Assembly: GCA_030265395.1 (NCBI GenBank)
Contig: JARFYF010000056.1
Span: forward strand, 10,983,790-11,047,789
Length of the DNA: 64,000 nucleotides
From: Rhina ancylostomus
Lineage: Eukaryota
Direction: 5' to 3'
The stretch's first letter is position 1. Every line of letters begins with the position of its first letter. This document shows positions 48,306 to 62,230 of this stretch, piece after piece. The position numbers and the translations under genes are program-made. The notes under the pieces were generated by a model that was not told the DNA's origin, did no database searches, and saw nothing but the letters and a program-made list of their open reading frames with translations.

Positions 48306-51300
48306 AAATAAGTATAATGTATGGACCATGCAGTGTAGCCTGGGTTAAAATGGGTATTTTCCATTTGCAATCTCTTTCTATGCCAGCTAACCTCTGAAAG
48401 ATAGTGTCAGCTACTCAAGGGACTGTACTGTATCGTTAGTACAGAAATTTCAGCTTGCGCCAATGAAAATAAAACATCAAACACAAAGCAAATCAGCAAT
48501 CTGACAACCTAGGGTAGTTCTGGCTCTGCTTAGTGTTTTGAAAGGCGTGGACCAAGCATTTGTTTCATTGAGAGAGGATGCTGACAACTAAACCCAGAGG
48601 GTAGCGTACTGGAAAGGAATCTCAGATCAAGCTGCTTCATTGTTTGTCATGTATTCCAAAAATTTCTCCAATATCGAAGGGGGAAAAGAATCAACCCTTC
48701 TTTCCTGATTGAGATTTGGATTCAAGATACATCTCCAATCGATTTTCTTGGTTGAAAAAGGTTTGAAGAAGTTATCTATAGGAGATAAAAGGGAAGAAAA
48801 GCTGAGATTTGAACATATTTGCCCTGAGCACCAACTAATTTAAATTGAGCACAATGCACCTAATTCCTTGTCTGACAGTTCTAGTGAGCTTGGAACAATC
48901 AACAAAAATCAACTTCATTTTGCCAAAGCCAATAATATGACTGTCCTCCAAGATGGAAGGAAGGTCCGAATACTTTGTCTATTGTGGTTTATTTAGATCC
49001 ATGGGAATATAAAATTAATAATACAAATCTTTCCCTGTCCTGAGATCATGAGATCATGCCGCTTCCAGTAGAGTCCCATGTGTAGCATTGCAGAACTTCT
49101 TGCACCATGTGGCTGGCAATGCTTATGGAATTGCTTTAACAGCCAATGAAACTCAATGCCCAAGCTCATCAACTGTCAACGCTGGCATTGAACTTGATTA
49201 TCTGTGAACATCTTTAATAACTGAGTTCTTCAAAAGTACCCAGAAATATTGAAAAGTAAAAGCGCCATTTAAAAACTAATGCTAGTTAAAAAAATTAAAA
49301 CATTAAATCACTCTTGCACTCTTAAAATCATTTAGATAATTTAAACTAACAGAATTAAATCATATAACAAGTACTACTTAGTATTCTCCTGGCAGCCATT
49401 TCTTCCACTTGATTTTGGTGGGACCATTGCACTTGCATTAAGGTTAACCAGGCACAGGCATAACAAGCAGAATTCCCAGCCAGAGAGCTGTTGAAATCTA
49501 GGCATGTCAACATTACTCCAATGGACTCTGTGGGGTTTCCACCTGTATAGTGAAAGGGTGGACAGCAGAACAGAAGATGAAGCTGGCTTACACAAGCACT
49601 GGCCTTGCATTTCAGGACTTCCTCAAAGAAATGTGTGCAAGTCCCAGCAGAAGGAGAGGGATGGGGCAGAAGATCTGCTCCAATAATTCTATGATCTTTA
49701 GCAGCTGTATTCAGTGCAAGGCAGCAAGCAGCAACATTATCTGTATGTAAATCCAGTGGATGCAAAGCAGTATCACTGTTTTATACAGAATGTAAATATT
49801 TTATCCCTTAATATAGTTTAATTAAAACTAAGAATCTATGTTTATGTGTGCATGTCTATCCAGCTATATGAAAGTTCAATTCATGCCTAATATAAAGTTA
49901 AATTGTAGCCTTCCAATCTTGACTTCAGTTTACTTGTGCATTTGTGCTAGAGGGTGTAAATGGCCTGTGGAAGTCACTGGGGGTATAATCAGTTAACTTT
50001 TTAGGAAGTTGCCAGAGCACTGTGAAATAACACACATTTTGACTTTCCACTGGTGTCACTTAATCCAATAAAGGCAAGTTTATGCATGTAAAATTCTTGA
50101 AAACATATTGATGCCTAGCTCCAAGGAGGCATATTGCTCACACATTTTGATACCAATGTGCAAGACAATTTACTTGTTCCTTGTCCTTTTTGTGCATGGA
50201 GCAATCAGTGGAGAGGAACCTCTTTTCCTTGCTAAAGACCCATTAACAGTTCAACTCAGAATTTAAATATTTCAATGCAATTTCATTTGCATTTTATAGA
50301 TCGACTCATTTAGAATGAACAGGTGGCTAAGTGCCCTCAAGAGAATACAACTCCTTATTTCATAAGCTTGAATTTTACTTCAGTTAGCAAGAAAAGTGTC
50401 TGGTGTATGCCTTGCCTTGAGAATAGAAGGACAAGTCTGTAGGTAAAAGCTCTCAGCCTGATTAACTATCTCCTTGCTTTCCTATGATTTTTTTTCCCTT
50501 TTTCAGGATGCATTTATTATATCAATTTCTTGCAGATTTACTCAGGGGAACAGTACTATTACATATATTACATCAATTTTTTTGTTTTGTCACGTCACTT
50601 ATTAATGAAAAAGGTTAACAAATCCTTTTTTAATTAAAAGGTGAAGCAAAACAAATAAGAGTTTAATTACAAGGCTGAGATTTTCACAGAAAGAAAATTC
50701 TGTTCTCTAATTTTCCTGGTGAGATTGGGCCGAATGTAGCTGTGATGGTTTTAATTTTCTATTCCCAGTCCTGCCTGCAAACGCATGCATTTTTCATCGA
50801 TGTTCACGGCTCTTTCTTCCAGTGCTGTGAATGGTATTGATTCCATGATTAAGTCATCAGCCTTCAGTAAACAGCTTCATTTTCTGCTTTGAGAGTTTCA
50901 CACCCCCATCCCCATCTTTACAGGTCACGCCCCCGCCCCCCCCAATCCTTCAACTCCCTCCCAAACTACAGTCACTGGCTTTTCCTTTTTTTAAGATTTT
51001 GAAGACTGCAGCACTGTTATGGTCAGTGCTTCAGTAAGGATCATATGTGATAAGGCATATATGTTAATGCAAGGTAAAACTGCAGTAGCGAATCTTTCCC
51101 ATTCTAAATGTAGCACTCCAGCTAGTGGCCATTTGGCAACTGTCAAAACATATCCAGCAAGGGAAGACAAACTTGAATGTCAGTCAAGGAGATGGCAGGT
51201 TTGTGAGTTTTAACTAATAAAGAAAACATCCATTATGTTTATGTCTGCATTACAAGCAGCTGCATTTGGAAGTAATTCACTATGTGAAGAACCCTGACAT

Positions 51301-51414
51301 ATTTGTGAGATGTGATAAAGTGCTTTATAAATCTGTCTCTTTTTTCCTTTGCACATCATTTTCCCTGTTTCCATATTTCATTGTTCAAAGTCTTGAGTTC
51401 AAACATGGAACTAA

Positions 51415-51520
51415 AAAGAAAAACAGCAAATGTCTAAAATCTGAAATGAGATAGAAAATACTGGGAATGCACCACCAATCTATCAGAGGAAAAGACAGGC
51501 TTTATTAGATCAGGCCCCAG
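51415..51520 (-). mobile_element. Decayed Penelope pseudo-LTR fragment
   Basis: aaaacagcaaatgtctaaaatctgaaatgagatagaaaatactgggaatgc; reverse of the pseudo-LTR tail. Confidence 0.55.
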
Positions 51521-52534
51521 ACTATTTAGTATTTCTTCAATTCCGGATAGAGACCGTACATCATTTTGTTTGACATTTGCTTCATGTATGTTTCTTCCAT
51601 ATTTGTTGTAGGGAGAACTGAACACCACACCTGTTCTCTCGAGGTTGTGTCAGCTTGTCCATGAAGGCCAGAGAATACCATCTATCAGCTAGTTGAAGAA
51701 CTTATCTTTGCCAACATGATTCACATGAAGCACTACCTCAAAACTCCACACTATTCTAAAGATTTTAGAATATCAATTCCCTGGAAATTCTTCTTCCACT
51801 TCCCAACAAATTCCCACATGTAGGCCTCCATCCTGTGGTCTCCTGAATGTCTGATGACAGTTTTTAGAATCTGAGGCAGCCTGTTAGGACTATTTTATCT
51901 GATGAGCAGAAGTAAACAACTAAACAGAACCACTTGCAATGAAAGACCAATTGAAGATAGGCATTGCACACTTATCTAATCCAAGATCTCACACCCTACA
52001 CAAACCAGCTGCTGAAGGAACTGTGGCAAAGCACATCATCCTAGGTATTCAAGCCATATTAGTTTCCAATCATTCTGGAAAGCAGCCCAGGAGAGCAATG
52101 GGACCAATACAAAGCTTACAATCAAGATGTTGCTTAGACCTGTGCGCTGAAAAGCATAGAGCTCTAAAATATGATGGAAGTCATTGCATTTTTTAAATGT
52201 ATTTTGTGTTCAATACAAGTATTTGTAGAGAAGATCAGAACCAAAAAAGAAGAGAGGCAGACTACAACCATAGTTTTTAAATGTGAGTATTCTGACTAAC
52301 TTCACAAGGTCAGAAGAAACACCTGGACCTTTGGGCTTGCCACTGGAGAATATGGTCCCTACAAACAACCTTTAGCACCATGCATCTGTTAATTATTATT
52401 GTCACAGACATAAATAAATTAGAAAAGTATATAACATTATGTAGAATAATTTAAAGGTGAAGATTTGAACCTTTACGTAAATACTCTCAGCAGGCGTCCT
52501 TTACTAGTAATGTGAATGGCATGGTGTTTCACAC

Positions 52535-52725
52535 TGCCTCCTCCCTCAACCTTCTCTGCTACTGAAAACTGACTCATTTTTTTTCTATTCCAATTCTGAC
52601 AAAGGATCTCAGATTTGAAACGTTAACTCTGTTTCTCCTTCTATAGATGCTGTCTGACCTGCTGAGTATTTCCAGCTCTTTCTGTTTTTATTTCCGGCTT
52701 CCAGCATCCGCAGTTTACTGATTTT
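52535..52725 (+). mobile_element. Penelope pseudo-LTR with the best-preserved hammerhead fold in the window (52592-52628)
   Basis: aatt-CTGACAA-a-GGATC-tca-GATTT-GAAAC-GTT-aact, followed by agatgctgtctgacctgctgagtatttccagc...ttccagcatccgcagt. Confidence 0.85.
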
Positions 52726-53744
52726 CATTCAGTGTTTTCAAAGTTTTGAGTCTAAGAAAAGGAGTTCATATTTCAGCAGCTTTGTGTATCTCATGATTAT
52801 AAGGATAGGAGTGGTAATTTTATAATGGTAACATGCATTTCATGTTATAATTTTTTATGTTAAAACATTAGTTGGATGTTGTAAATTCTATTGATGACAT
52901 GCTTCTTACTTTTAGGAGCATAAATTAATTTTTAAAAAGTTGCAGTGCTTTTCAGGGGCCAGAAATGAACATTTCTCTTTGAAAATGAAATTCCAAACTG
53001 GAAAATAACTTGTTGACTTCCAAAATGTGAAACATTTAGCATTTGTCAATTCGAGAAGAAAGAGAAACACAAGTACAATCCCCATGTTTAGGAGATCGCT
53101 TATGTCTGGCATTAAAATCAGAATTTTGGGTGTTTAAAGTCACATCATATATTTTCATTCTTTGTTCTTCCAGAAACAATATGATGTCCTCATCTTGGGG
53201 CTAATCTTAAGCCTGGGAGCGCACTGTTGAATTGATGGGGAAACTGTAATAATTCCATCTTTGAACCTTGAAGCAAGTATGGTGAGGATGTGCCCATTGC
53301 TATTTCAATCAAAAACCACCAGTTTCTGGGGTAGAGTTTTTCCAGTGCTATGCAGGATCTAGAGAACTGCATCACTGTGACTTATGGGAAGCAGTCTGAA
53401 GATAAGCTATTGATCTGTGACAGAATGAATATTTCAGTAGTGTAGGGTTGAACAGGCAAAACTAATCTTCAGTTGAGGCGCAGATAAGTCAGTGGAACTA
53501 AACGTTCTCTTAGTGCAACATCACTCAAGCAGCAATGTGTATTTTTCCCATTACCCTGCTAACCTTTATCCAAAACTCCTTCACCCAAGCAGAGAGAACA
53601 CTAATGATCAGGCTAAAGGTGAAACTAATACTTCTACCCAAAAAGAATTTTTTTAGTCTTTAATATTTTTCCATAATTTCAAGAAAGTATAATATAGAAG
53701 CAGATTTTCCTACTCAAAATTCATGTACCCTAACAAATTCTATG

Positions 53745-54480
53745 ATTAAAATGTGTAGTTAAATATCCCAAGGCAGTTCATAGAAGTCCACAGCTGTATT
53801 ATAAAACAGATTTTGGTACTGAGCTACATAAGCAGAAAATATGGCAGATGACCAAAAGCTTGGTCAAGGTGAAGAGGATGAAGAGGCCTTGGTAGTTGAA
53901 GGTACAATGCCAATGGATGAGCTTAAATGTGAAGACAATCAAGAAGCCAAATTTGAAGGAGTGTAAAGGGTATTTGATTATGGAGATAAGAAGGCATGAG
54001 GGCATGGAAGAATGTTAAAAAAAATGATGACATCTTTAAAATTGAGACATTGCTTAAATGGGAGTTAATNNNNNNNNNNNNNNNNNNNNNNNNNNNNNNN
54101 NNNNNNNNNNNNNNNNNNNNNNNNNNNNNNNNNNNNNNNNNNNNNNNNNNNNNNNNNNNNNNNNNNNNNNNNNNNNNNNNNNNNNNNNNNNNNNNNNNNN
54201 NNNNNNNNNNNNNNNNNNNNNNNNNNNNNNNNNNNNNNNNNNNNNNNNNNNNNNNNNNNNNNNNNNNNNNNNNNNNNNNNNNNNNNNNNNNNNNNNNNNN
54301 NNNNNNNNNNNNNNNNNNNNNNNNNNNNNNNNNNNNNNNNNNNNNNNNNNNNNNNNNNNNNNNNNNNNNNNNNNNNNNNNNNNNNNNNNNNNNNNNNNNN
54401 NNNNNGTGGGCAAGAGTAAGATGGTGGACCTTGATGTGGGGGGGGGGGGGGCAAAACAGCATTTACTGAATGATGATATG
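53745..54480 (-). mobile_element. L2-like LINE 3' end, across gap 54070-54405
   Basis: tcccaaggc..ttca..gaag...actgagctacataag...atgaccaaaagcttggtcaa; same family as 62830-63340. Confidence 0.55.
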
Positions 54481-54489
54481 AGGAGTTGT

Positions 54490-55045
54490 AGACAAACAAA
54501 GAGACTGAAGTGCCCAGATATACAGTTTAAGGTAACCAAGACAATTGTTAAGGGAGTTAGTTTACAACATGGAGTACACGAGCCTCAGTTATGCAGAACC
54601 CCATTGGTTATATATGTATTCCATTTCCTCCAGAAGGAGATTTTGGCCTTAAGGGATACAGCATGTGACTTAAAAAGTGAGATTATAAAATCAGGTTACA
54701 GGATCGGGTTGATTTGTAATCTGAAGGTTAGAAGTCTGAGAAGTGTTCTGATGGATATATATAATAACTGCATTCAGTGGGCTAAATTTAAAAAAAAGGA
54801 GGAATCCCACAAAAAAAGGAGCATGATCTTAAAGTTGGCATTGGACTACTCTGGGGTGGAAGCAGGAAGCACTTCCACAGAAATCATCAAAGACAGATCA
54901 ACCAAATTTTGTTAGGTAGTAACATGACGGGATAGAGATCAAAAACAGGGTTAATCAGATTCAGAAGATGCAAGTTGGTCATGATATAATTCAGTGGTAG
55001 AACAGAAGAGCTGAATGCCAACTCCTGCGTCTACTTACCCTGACT
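54490..55045 (+). mobile_element. Very decayed CR1 3' part
   Basis: CR1-like tail atcagattcag...tgatataattcagtggtagaacagaagagctgaatgccaactcctgc. Confidence 0.5.
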
Positions 55046-56351
55046 AACCTTCTGTTTGCCTGCATCTGTTCTATATGGCCCGATGTTCTAACTCTGTGAA
55101 TTGGAGAAAATAACTATCTGTTTTTGTTACAAGTTGTCAACACAAAAGATCTTGCATTGGTGACAACAAATTCACTATCACTGTCTAGTGTCGTTTAAAT
55201 GACTGCCTAGAAATTAGATTTTAGGCATCTTTTGTATGCTAAATTCACAGTGAGCAGAGCACTAGTGTAAAATTAGAAATTATTTAAAAATGGTGAAATT
55301 GGGACATCTTTGCTTTAAGAAGATACTGACGTGCTTTTAAGAAACATTAAAGCCCAACCTCTGTGTTGCACAGGCACTGCTGTTTTCTGGCTTCAGCAAT
55401 AATGGCATTCCCACGCTGACCTGTAGGAAATTGGTCTGATTGTCAAAAGCTCACACTAACATGGAGAACAGGTCAGACCCTTCGAGGGTGGGAATCAAGG
55501 TCAGTGTTGTGGTAGAATAAAGAACACATGAACCCTTTGAGTTGAGGAAGAGCGTAATGGGGTTTGGCAGGTATTTAGATGAGTGCCAGAGTGGGGCCAA
55601 GGTTTCTGAGGCTTTGGTTGACAGCCAAGAGCTGCAACCAAGCCAGAGATGTGTCAGAGCAATGATCACATCCACTGCCATAGCTGGCACAAAGGAAGCA
55701 GCAGGTGATGTATAAAATATAACTACAATATCCCAGTGTTATTTTAAATCACACAGAATTTACTACTTTAAGTGTGATGTACTCATTTTATCATGAGTCA
55801 GCTATGAAAGTTCTGTAAATAATTAAAACAAGCTGCACATCTTGGTGACATCATCGCATATGGGAAATATAACAGGCAGATAAAACCAAAATGAGGGTGA
55901 ACTGCCACAGGAGGTACTTGCTTCAAACATTTCCATTGAACAAGACTCATTAAAGTAATGAACACAACGAGTTAAAACTAGAGGCATTTTGCTTTTCATT
56001 CATGATTTATACATATAATGAAGCACAAGCAGGTCCAATTTCAGTCTTGTTTTGGTGGACAAGGAAAGGACAGGAAGCTGTCAAAGTTGGTTTAGTTTGC
56101 ATTGAGTGGCTTTCCTGTCCCTCCAGAGGGTCTCTGCCATGTACGAAACAGAATCCTTTCTCTTTGTCTGAAGGGTACAGCTATGCCAACACTCAAGATG
56201 CTTGACACCAGGCAGGGGAAAGCATTCAGGTTGATTAACAGCCTATCTACAGCATATTTGCAGCCTATTACACCAGCACTGAATGGCTACAGTATAGAAA
56301 GCAACAAGAGACAATTAATGCATGGAGAATTTAACTTTTTCTCAAATATTG

Positions 56352-56631
56352 AGTCATAAAACATGGATGCAAGATGGTTAATTGCCAGCCAACTAGCATC
56401 TACATAAACTAGTCCCATTTTATCTCCCTATATTCTTGTCAACTTCCCTGGATTCTAACACTCACCTGCACATCAGAGGCAACTCACAGAGGCCCTTTAG
56501 CCTAGCAATCTGCACATCTTTGGATGTGGAAGGAAACTGGAACATCTGGAGGACATCATGCCATAACATGTAGAATGTGCAGACTCCATACAGAGGTCAG
56601 GATTGAACCTGAGTCCCCAGAACTGTGAGAC
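56352..56631 (-). mobile_element. HE1/V-SINE-like SINE, head cut by a 10-N gap
   Basis: cacatctttggatgtggaaggaaactggaacatctgg...ggtcaggattgaacctg (B box on minus). Confidence 0.8.
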
Positions 56632-59600
56632 NNNNNNNNNNTCATTAAAGATTTTTTTTAAAACAGAAGCTTAGCTGATGTTCCCTTCTCCCAGCCTGAC
56701 AGATATGCAGTCAATTGTGGCACCTGTACTACAATGCCAATTCAAGTAAGCTGATTCTGCAACTTTGCAGGTCAAAGCTGTGATCTCTTTGCATTGTGAA
56801 ATTTACACAACAAAACTTTTCTTACCATCAGATTAGTTCTCTGCTTCACCTGACCCAAGTCAGAACTTGAGATCGGCCAAGTGGAATATCAGAAAGGCAA
56901 GGAAAAGTCAGCCAGCTTTCTCACTGCTGCTTACTTCAGTGATACTTGGATTCTCAATGCTTTCTTACATTTTACTCCTATGGCATGAATTAGTAAAATG
57001 AGCTCCTGACACTTAATTGGTTCACACATTAAGAACTACCAGGCTGAGAGACAGGAAAGGCCTTAGAATTGTGAATGCAAGAAGTAAGTAATTTTCAAAA
57101 GGTGTCTGCACCTAAAATGCATGCCACAAATACCACAGTCTTATTATTTTCCTGTTTCTTAATGTGAGTACATTATATAATTCTTCATTTTACATTACAA
57201 AAATGCAATCCACGCCAGCAGCCTGAGTTGGCCACCTGTATGTCTCAATAAGAACTCCTTTAACTTACTTTAAAAATAACAAAATTCCTTGCTCCTGATA
57301 TTTTTTTAAAAAGTGAAATGATACGTGACCTTTTCCTCATCACATGTTGTTGCTCTGTCACCAGAATAAAGGTGCAAATGAAGTGAGAGCAAGAATGCAG
57401 CACTTTGCTGATCAGCTGCTTCTGGTGCTAATGGCACATATTAGGCTTCACACTCTGCTATCAAACGTGAAATCCTGAGAAAAGATTGCTATGGTGCAAT
57501 CAAATAAGTTCCTTTTTGAAATTAATTACCACAATTAATTGATGTACTTTCGTTTTAATAATTGCTTAGTAATGAGTTTTATTTGTTGGAAGTTTAAATG
57601 ACTGACTCACTTGATTTCTAGTTGCATCCTGGACCTCCAAGGTAATGGATTGGTCTTGGTGTGTGTAGAGATGACTGACAGAATCTGCTTATAATAAGCA
57701 CAATTGGGCTTGTTTATTTTTAAAGGTCACTTTAATTTAATGAGAAACACAGGTTGCACATTTTTGTGCTTGTTTCATTGAGATGTTGCTTACTGAGCTT
57801 TTTTGTTATAGTTCACTCCAACACACTAAAATGATTGCACTGATGGGGCTGTAGGTCAATGCTGTGCCAATCTTTCAGCCACTCTGAACATATTGAATCA
57901 TAAAGGGGGCAGGAGGGTGTTTGTCATGGCTCACAGTCTCATCTGTAAGCCACTTAGAGGATGTGTTAGTTGCTTTCAATAACAGTGCTGCTTATTTTTC
58001 TTGGGAGATCCAGCCAGATGGGTGACTGAGTGATTTAATCTGGAAGAATCAAAAATTGGTGCAGCACAAGAAAATACAATTCAGCCCATGCTAGTTAGTA
58101 GACAAACACAAAAAAATCACATTCCTGCACGCAAAACCCACACCCACCTACTCTGTAGACGTGTCTTCCACAGTTTTAAATGTTTATCTACTTTTCCTTG
58201 TTGATGAATGAACAGTTTACCCTAACTGCTGCTTGTCCAACTATTTAACTGCAGAGAAATCACAGGTAATTCTAAGCAGATGGGTCATTTCCTAACAAAA
58301 AACTACATAGTGAGCTGTGCTCGTCAAAACATTAACTGGGAAATGAAAACCTTCCTCTGTCAATTTCAAAATCAGACAGAGTAGAAATTATATCACACTT
58401 ACCTCCATCCCACCTCTGCCCTTTACCATGGCAATGTGGTTTACCCCAAACCCCAGAAGTATACCTTGTAATACCAGTTTGACACTTCCAATCCTCATGT
58501 TGAATATCCTTATGATTTCACTGTATGTTATTGCCATTTTGTGCTGAATTAGCAGTAATGTGCAGTTTTCGATCGGTGAGTATGAGGAGCGGAATTAGAC
58601 CTGTCCAATATTACTTTATAAATGGCCAGTAGAAAGTACAACAGTTTTTCCAATCAGTTTGATTGGATTCAAACTACAATAAAAACATAAAATGGCAGTG
58701 AATTTAACCCAATGCACAGCTGTGACCCCAGACATTATTGCTCCTTTCACATCAACTGAGATATTACAGCTATTAGTATCTTCTCTTGCAGGTCGGCACA
58801 TATGCACTGACTAAAGAATTGTTTCCTACTGAGACCTACTGCTATTTTATGTTCTTCATAGTTATATATTTAGATATAAAGATGGAAAAAGAATTATTAT
58901 AATTGGTGCCTCATTAGAGGAAAGTAACCCATAAGGTTAACAAATAGTCTAACATTAGATGATTAGTCTCTTTATTTATTCATTTCATAAATGTGAGGAA
59001 TTCATCACAGCCAGTGCAACTAATCAATATAAATAAGCTGATTCTAACAACATAATGCAACACTTTCAAATGCTGTGTGAGTGAGATCACAAGCTTTCAC
59101 TCTTGTGTGCTTCTCTCAATTCAGCTGCTTCATTTGTTAATTAATCACATTCCTATTTTATCTATTCNNNNNNNNNNNNNNNNNNNNNNNNNNNNNNNNN
59201 NNNNNNNNNNNNNNNNNNNNNNNNNNNNNNNNNNNNNNNNNNNNNNNNNNNNNNNNNNNNNNNNNNNTCTATTCATACAAAGTTTGAGATGGCCTACTTA
59301 CTGTGCGAGTAGACTCTCTTACTGTGTGTTGCAATGTATTAAACTCCTCGGATAATTTCTCATTAGCTGCATGTGGTTGCCCACCAGGCACCCTGAGGAC
59401 ATCAGTGCTGATCATTAGCTCCTTTTCTTGAAAGCACTGATAATTTAGATGAAAAACACTACTGGTGAAAGCAAGGAGTCCTGGGTGTGGTATTGTACCA
59501 TGCAGACCAGGAAAGGATCAGGCTTGGTTGTGGTCTTCCTTACCTCATGGAGAACTATTAGTATAAGTGAAGAGAGAAAGTGGAAAGATAAGAGAGGAAC

Positions 59601-59724
59601 ACTAACCTGGTCTGCATGTGAGAGCTTTGACTTGGGTAAAATGCCAAAGATAATTTCATCACCTCCATCTTCCCACTCTAACCCCAAATGTTTCTAGATT
59701 CCAGTGAATAAGTCATAGGGCTTG

Positions 59725-60460
59725 TGAGAACATTAGAAGCAGGAGCACACCAGTTGGCCCCTCATGTCTGCTCTACTAATCAATAAGATCATGGCAGATC
59801 TTTTAACTCAGCCTCACTTTCTGATACCAACCTTATATCTGTTGATTCCCTTAACATCCAAAAATATATCAAACTTGGCTTTGAGTTCACTTAGCAATTG
59901 AGCATCCACAGCTCTTGGGCAGAGAAATTGCAAAGACTTGATGAGTGAAGACATTTCTTGTTATTGCAATCAGACCCCATATTTTGAAATTGTGTTTCAT
60001 GGTTGCAGACATCCCAGCCAGAGGAAAGATCATTTCTTCATCTCCCTTGTCAACCCCATAAGAATATTACGTGTTTCAATGAGATGACATCTCCTTCTTC
60101 TCAATTCTAGCGAGCCTAGGCTCAGTCTGCTTAATCTCTCCTCATAGAGCAGTCCATCTCTCCTCACTGGAGTCAATCTGTCACAGATATAACCATCCTT
60201 AGGTGAGCAACCAGAAATAATATTCCAGATGCAGTCTCACCAGGGGCCATGTATAATTGGAATAAGACATCTTTATTCTTGCACTCAAATTTACCTTCCT
60301 AACTCCTTACTGTACTTACAGGTTAACTTTCAATAATTAATGTTCCAGGACGCCCAGGCCCCCTCTAAACACCAACAATTTTCAGTTTCCAACCATTTAA
60401 AATATACTCTTTTTTTCACCAAAATGGATGATCTTACATTTTTCCATATTTTGCCTCTTC
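59725..60460 (-). mobile_element. Decayed CR1 LINE 3' part
   Basis: Reverse tail aacattagaagcaggag...aataagatcatggc.gatc and reverse RT C-terminal words (gtttcaatgagat.ac.tct..ttcttct.aa.tc). Confidence 0.8.
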
Positions 60461-61802
60461 CTTTAATCTATTGAAATCTAAAACATTTTCAGTGATGTTG
60501 ATTCTGTGATTGACGACAGTATCAGTATGTGCATCACCATTAGCTCTTGACATATTTCTTTTGGTGTAAAGCAGCATGGCTCAGAAATTTCATGCTGTGT
60601 TTGCAGTTATGTAATTATGCTGTGTAATTGTTTTGGGTTGCAAGAAATGGCACAAGTTTTTTTCACTAGTTTTCCACTCAAAGTCTATCCTCACCAAATT
60701 TCAACATGCTTTCCTGCTTTTTCACTGATCTCCCAAGCCCAAAATGAGCTATTTACAACATTATAGTGTAGCTCCAAGTACTTAACATTTATATTCACAT
60801 CACACAATGTACTTGGGATAAATTCTAATGAGGATAATTGCCAGGATCTGTCAAGACAAGATGTGAAGCAGTTTAGGGGGACTGAAGACTCACAATTTGG
60901 GAATGACATTTTGTAGTAATTCTTCCTGGTAAAAGAAATGGTATTCCACATACACAGATTTAGATTAACTTCTGATTGCTTCTGATGGCATGAGACTGCC
61001 AAGAAATATTCATTTGCAATGAAGGTTTCCCAGGAACTGGTTTGGTATTTCCTATCATATCTTTGTATGCCAATAACATGGAGAAAAAGAAGCAGCAGCA
61101 GAGGCCTGAGCCAAAGCAAGTCAGACAACAAGTGAATGCACCCTGATGGATAATTTACCCACCACCCCTACAGAATACAGAGGGGGCACAGGTCATATAG
61201 AGACCTTAGGAGATGAGTAAGAAATGTGCACTTTAGTCAGAGGCAATAATGGACGACTACCATCTATCACATGAGCTCCTACAGCCACAGTCACTAAACC
61301 TCACTGTCCTCGCAATGAAGGTGACAATCAGCTTTAGCTTGTGTCTTGGCATCAGAAAAGAATGCAGAGCTCAAGCTGGGACCTGGCCAGACTCTGCAGT
61401 TTGATCAGAACTTATATATATTGCTTTTTTCTGTTTAACCTTCTGTTGACTTTTTTTGATTACTGCCTTTGAATGTTCAGCTGAGACTGCTAAGTTCTTT
61501 AGCTTTCTAATTTTCTTTGATTTCAGTAGCTCTTTTCTCCATTTGTCCACATTTCATTATTTGTGCTGAACTTTGTTGGTCATGTTTCTGTTCTGCATAC
61601 ATTTAACTTCACCTGCTAGTTATCTACCTGCTTAATTACTTTGTCCAATGGAGACTATAATTTTTGAGCTGCTTCTGATCACTCTAATTATATACCATCA
61701 CCAAATTTGATAAGGTGATGTTAATTTGGTAATACATTGGAAGTAATAGTGAAAGTGTTTTGTAACGATGGAACTAGTCATTTATTTCAAAGTTAGCTTA
61801 AT

Positions 61803-62230
61803 TTAGTTTTCTTAAGTGGGCCCTGAGGATTGAGGACGATTTGCTTCTGCCTCAGTTCTGTGGTCTCTGAGGTGACTAACCAACACTGCTGACCCTATCA
61901 CCCTGACTCTGCCAGAAGGTGCTTTACGGGACAGGTGAGTGGGTAGTTTGCGAGGTGGTGCACTCCACCATTTATACTGGGTTTATGTGTGCTCCCAAAG
62001 AAGGGACTTGAGGTTCTCGGTGCTATCCTGTGCTTGGAGCAACTACTAGCCATGATCAGAAATCATTAGAAATGCACCCTATTTTGAAGGTGGTTTTGAG
62101 AACACCCTTGAATCTTTTCCTTTGTCTACATAGTAATCTCTTTCCATGACAGAGTTCAGAATGTCTATGTTGGGGTTTGGTGTAAGGCAGGGGAATGAAT
62201 GGCTGCCCATCGGAGTGGCTGAGTGTAATT
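61803..62230 (-). mobile_element. RTE-clade LINE 3' end
   Basis: Minus peptide HSELCHGKRLLCRQRKRFKGVLKTTFK resembles the RTE C-terminus (YSEL..GKR..GGQRKRFKD.LK). 3' end gaagcaaatcgtcctcaatcctcagggcccacttaagaaaa. Confidence 0.7.

Noticed and set aside
50470-50560. Strong splice-acceptor-like tract (CAG at 50504-50506)
   Set aside because: No convincing frame, donor or homology follows; such tracts are common in AT-rich DNA.
50900-50965. C-rich tract with GC box (possible promoter or G-quadruplex)
   Set aside because: No CpG island or other promoter support; likely low-complexity or repeat-derived.
54058-54915. Longest ORF in the track (285 aa) and other ORFs spanning N runs
   Set aside because: Length comes from N codons; the real part is decayed L2/CR1 sequence.
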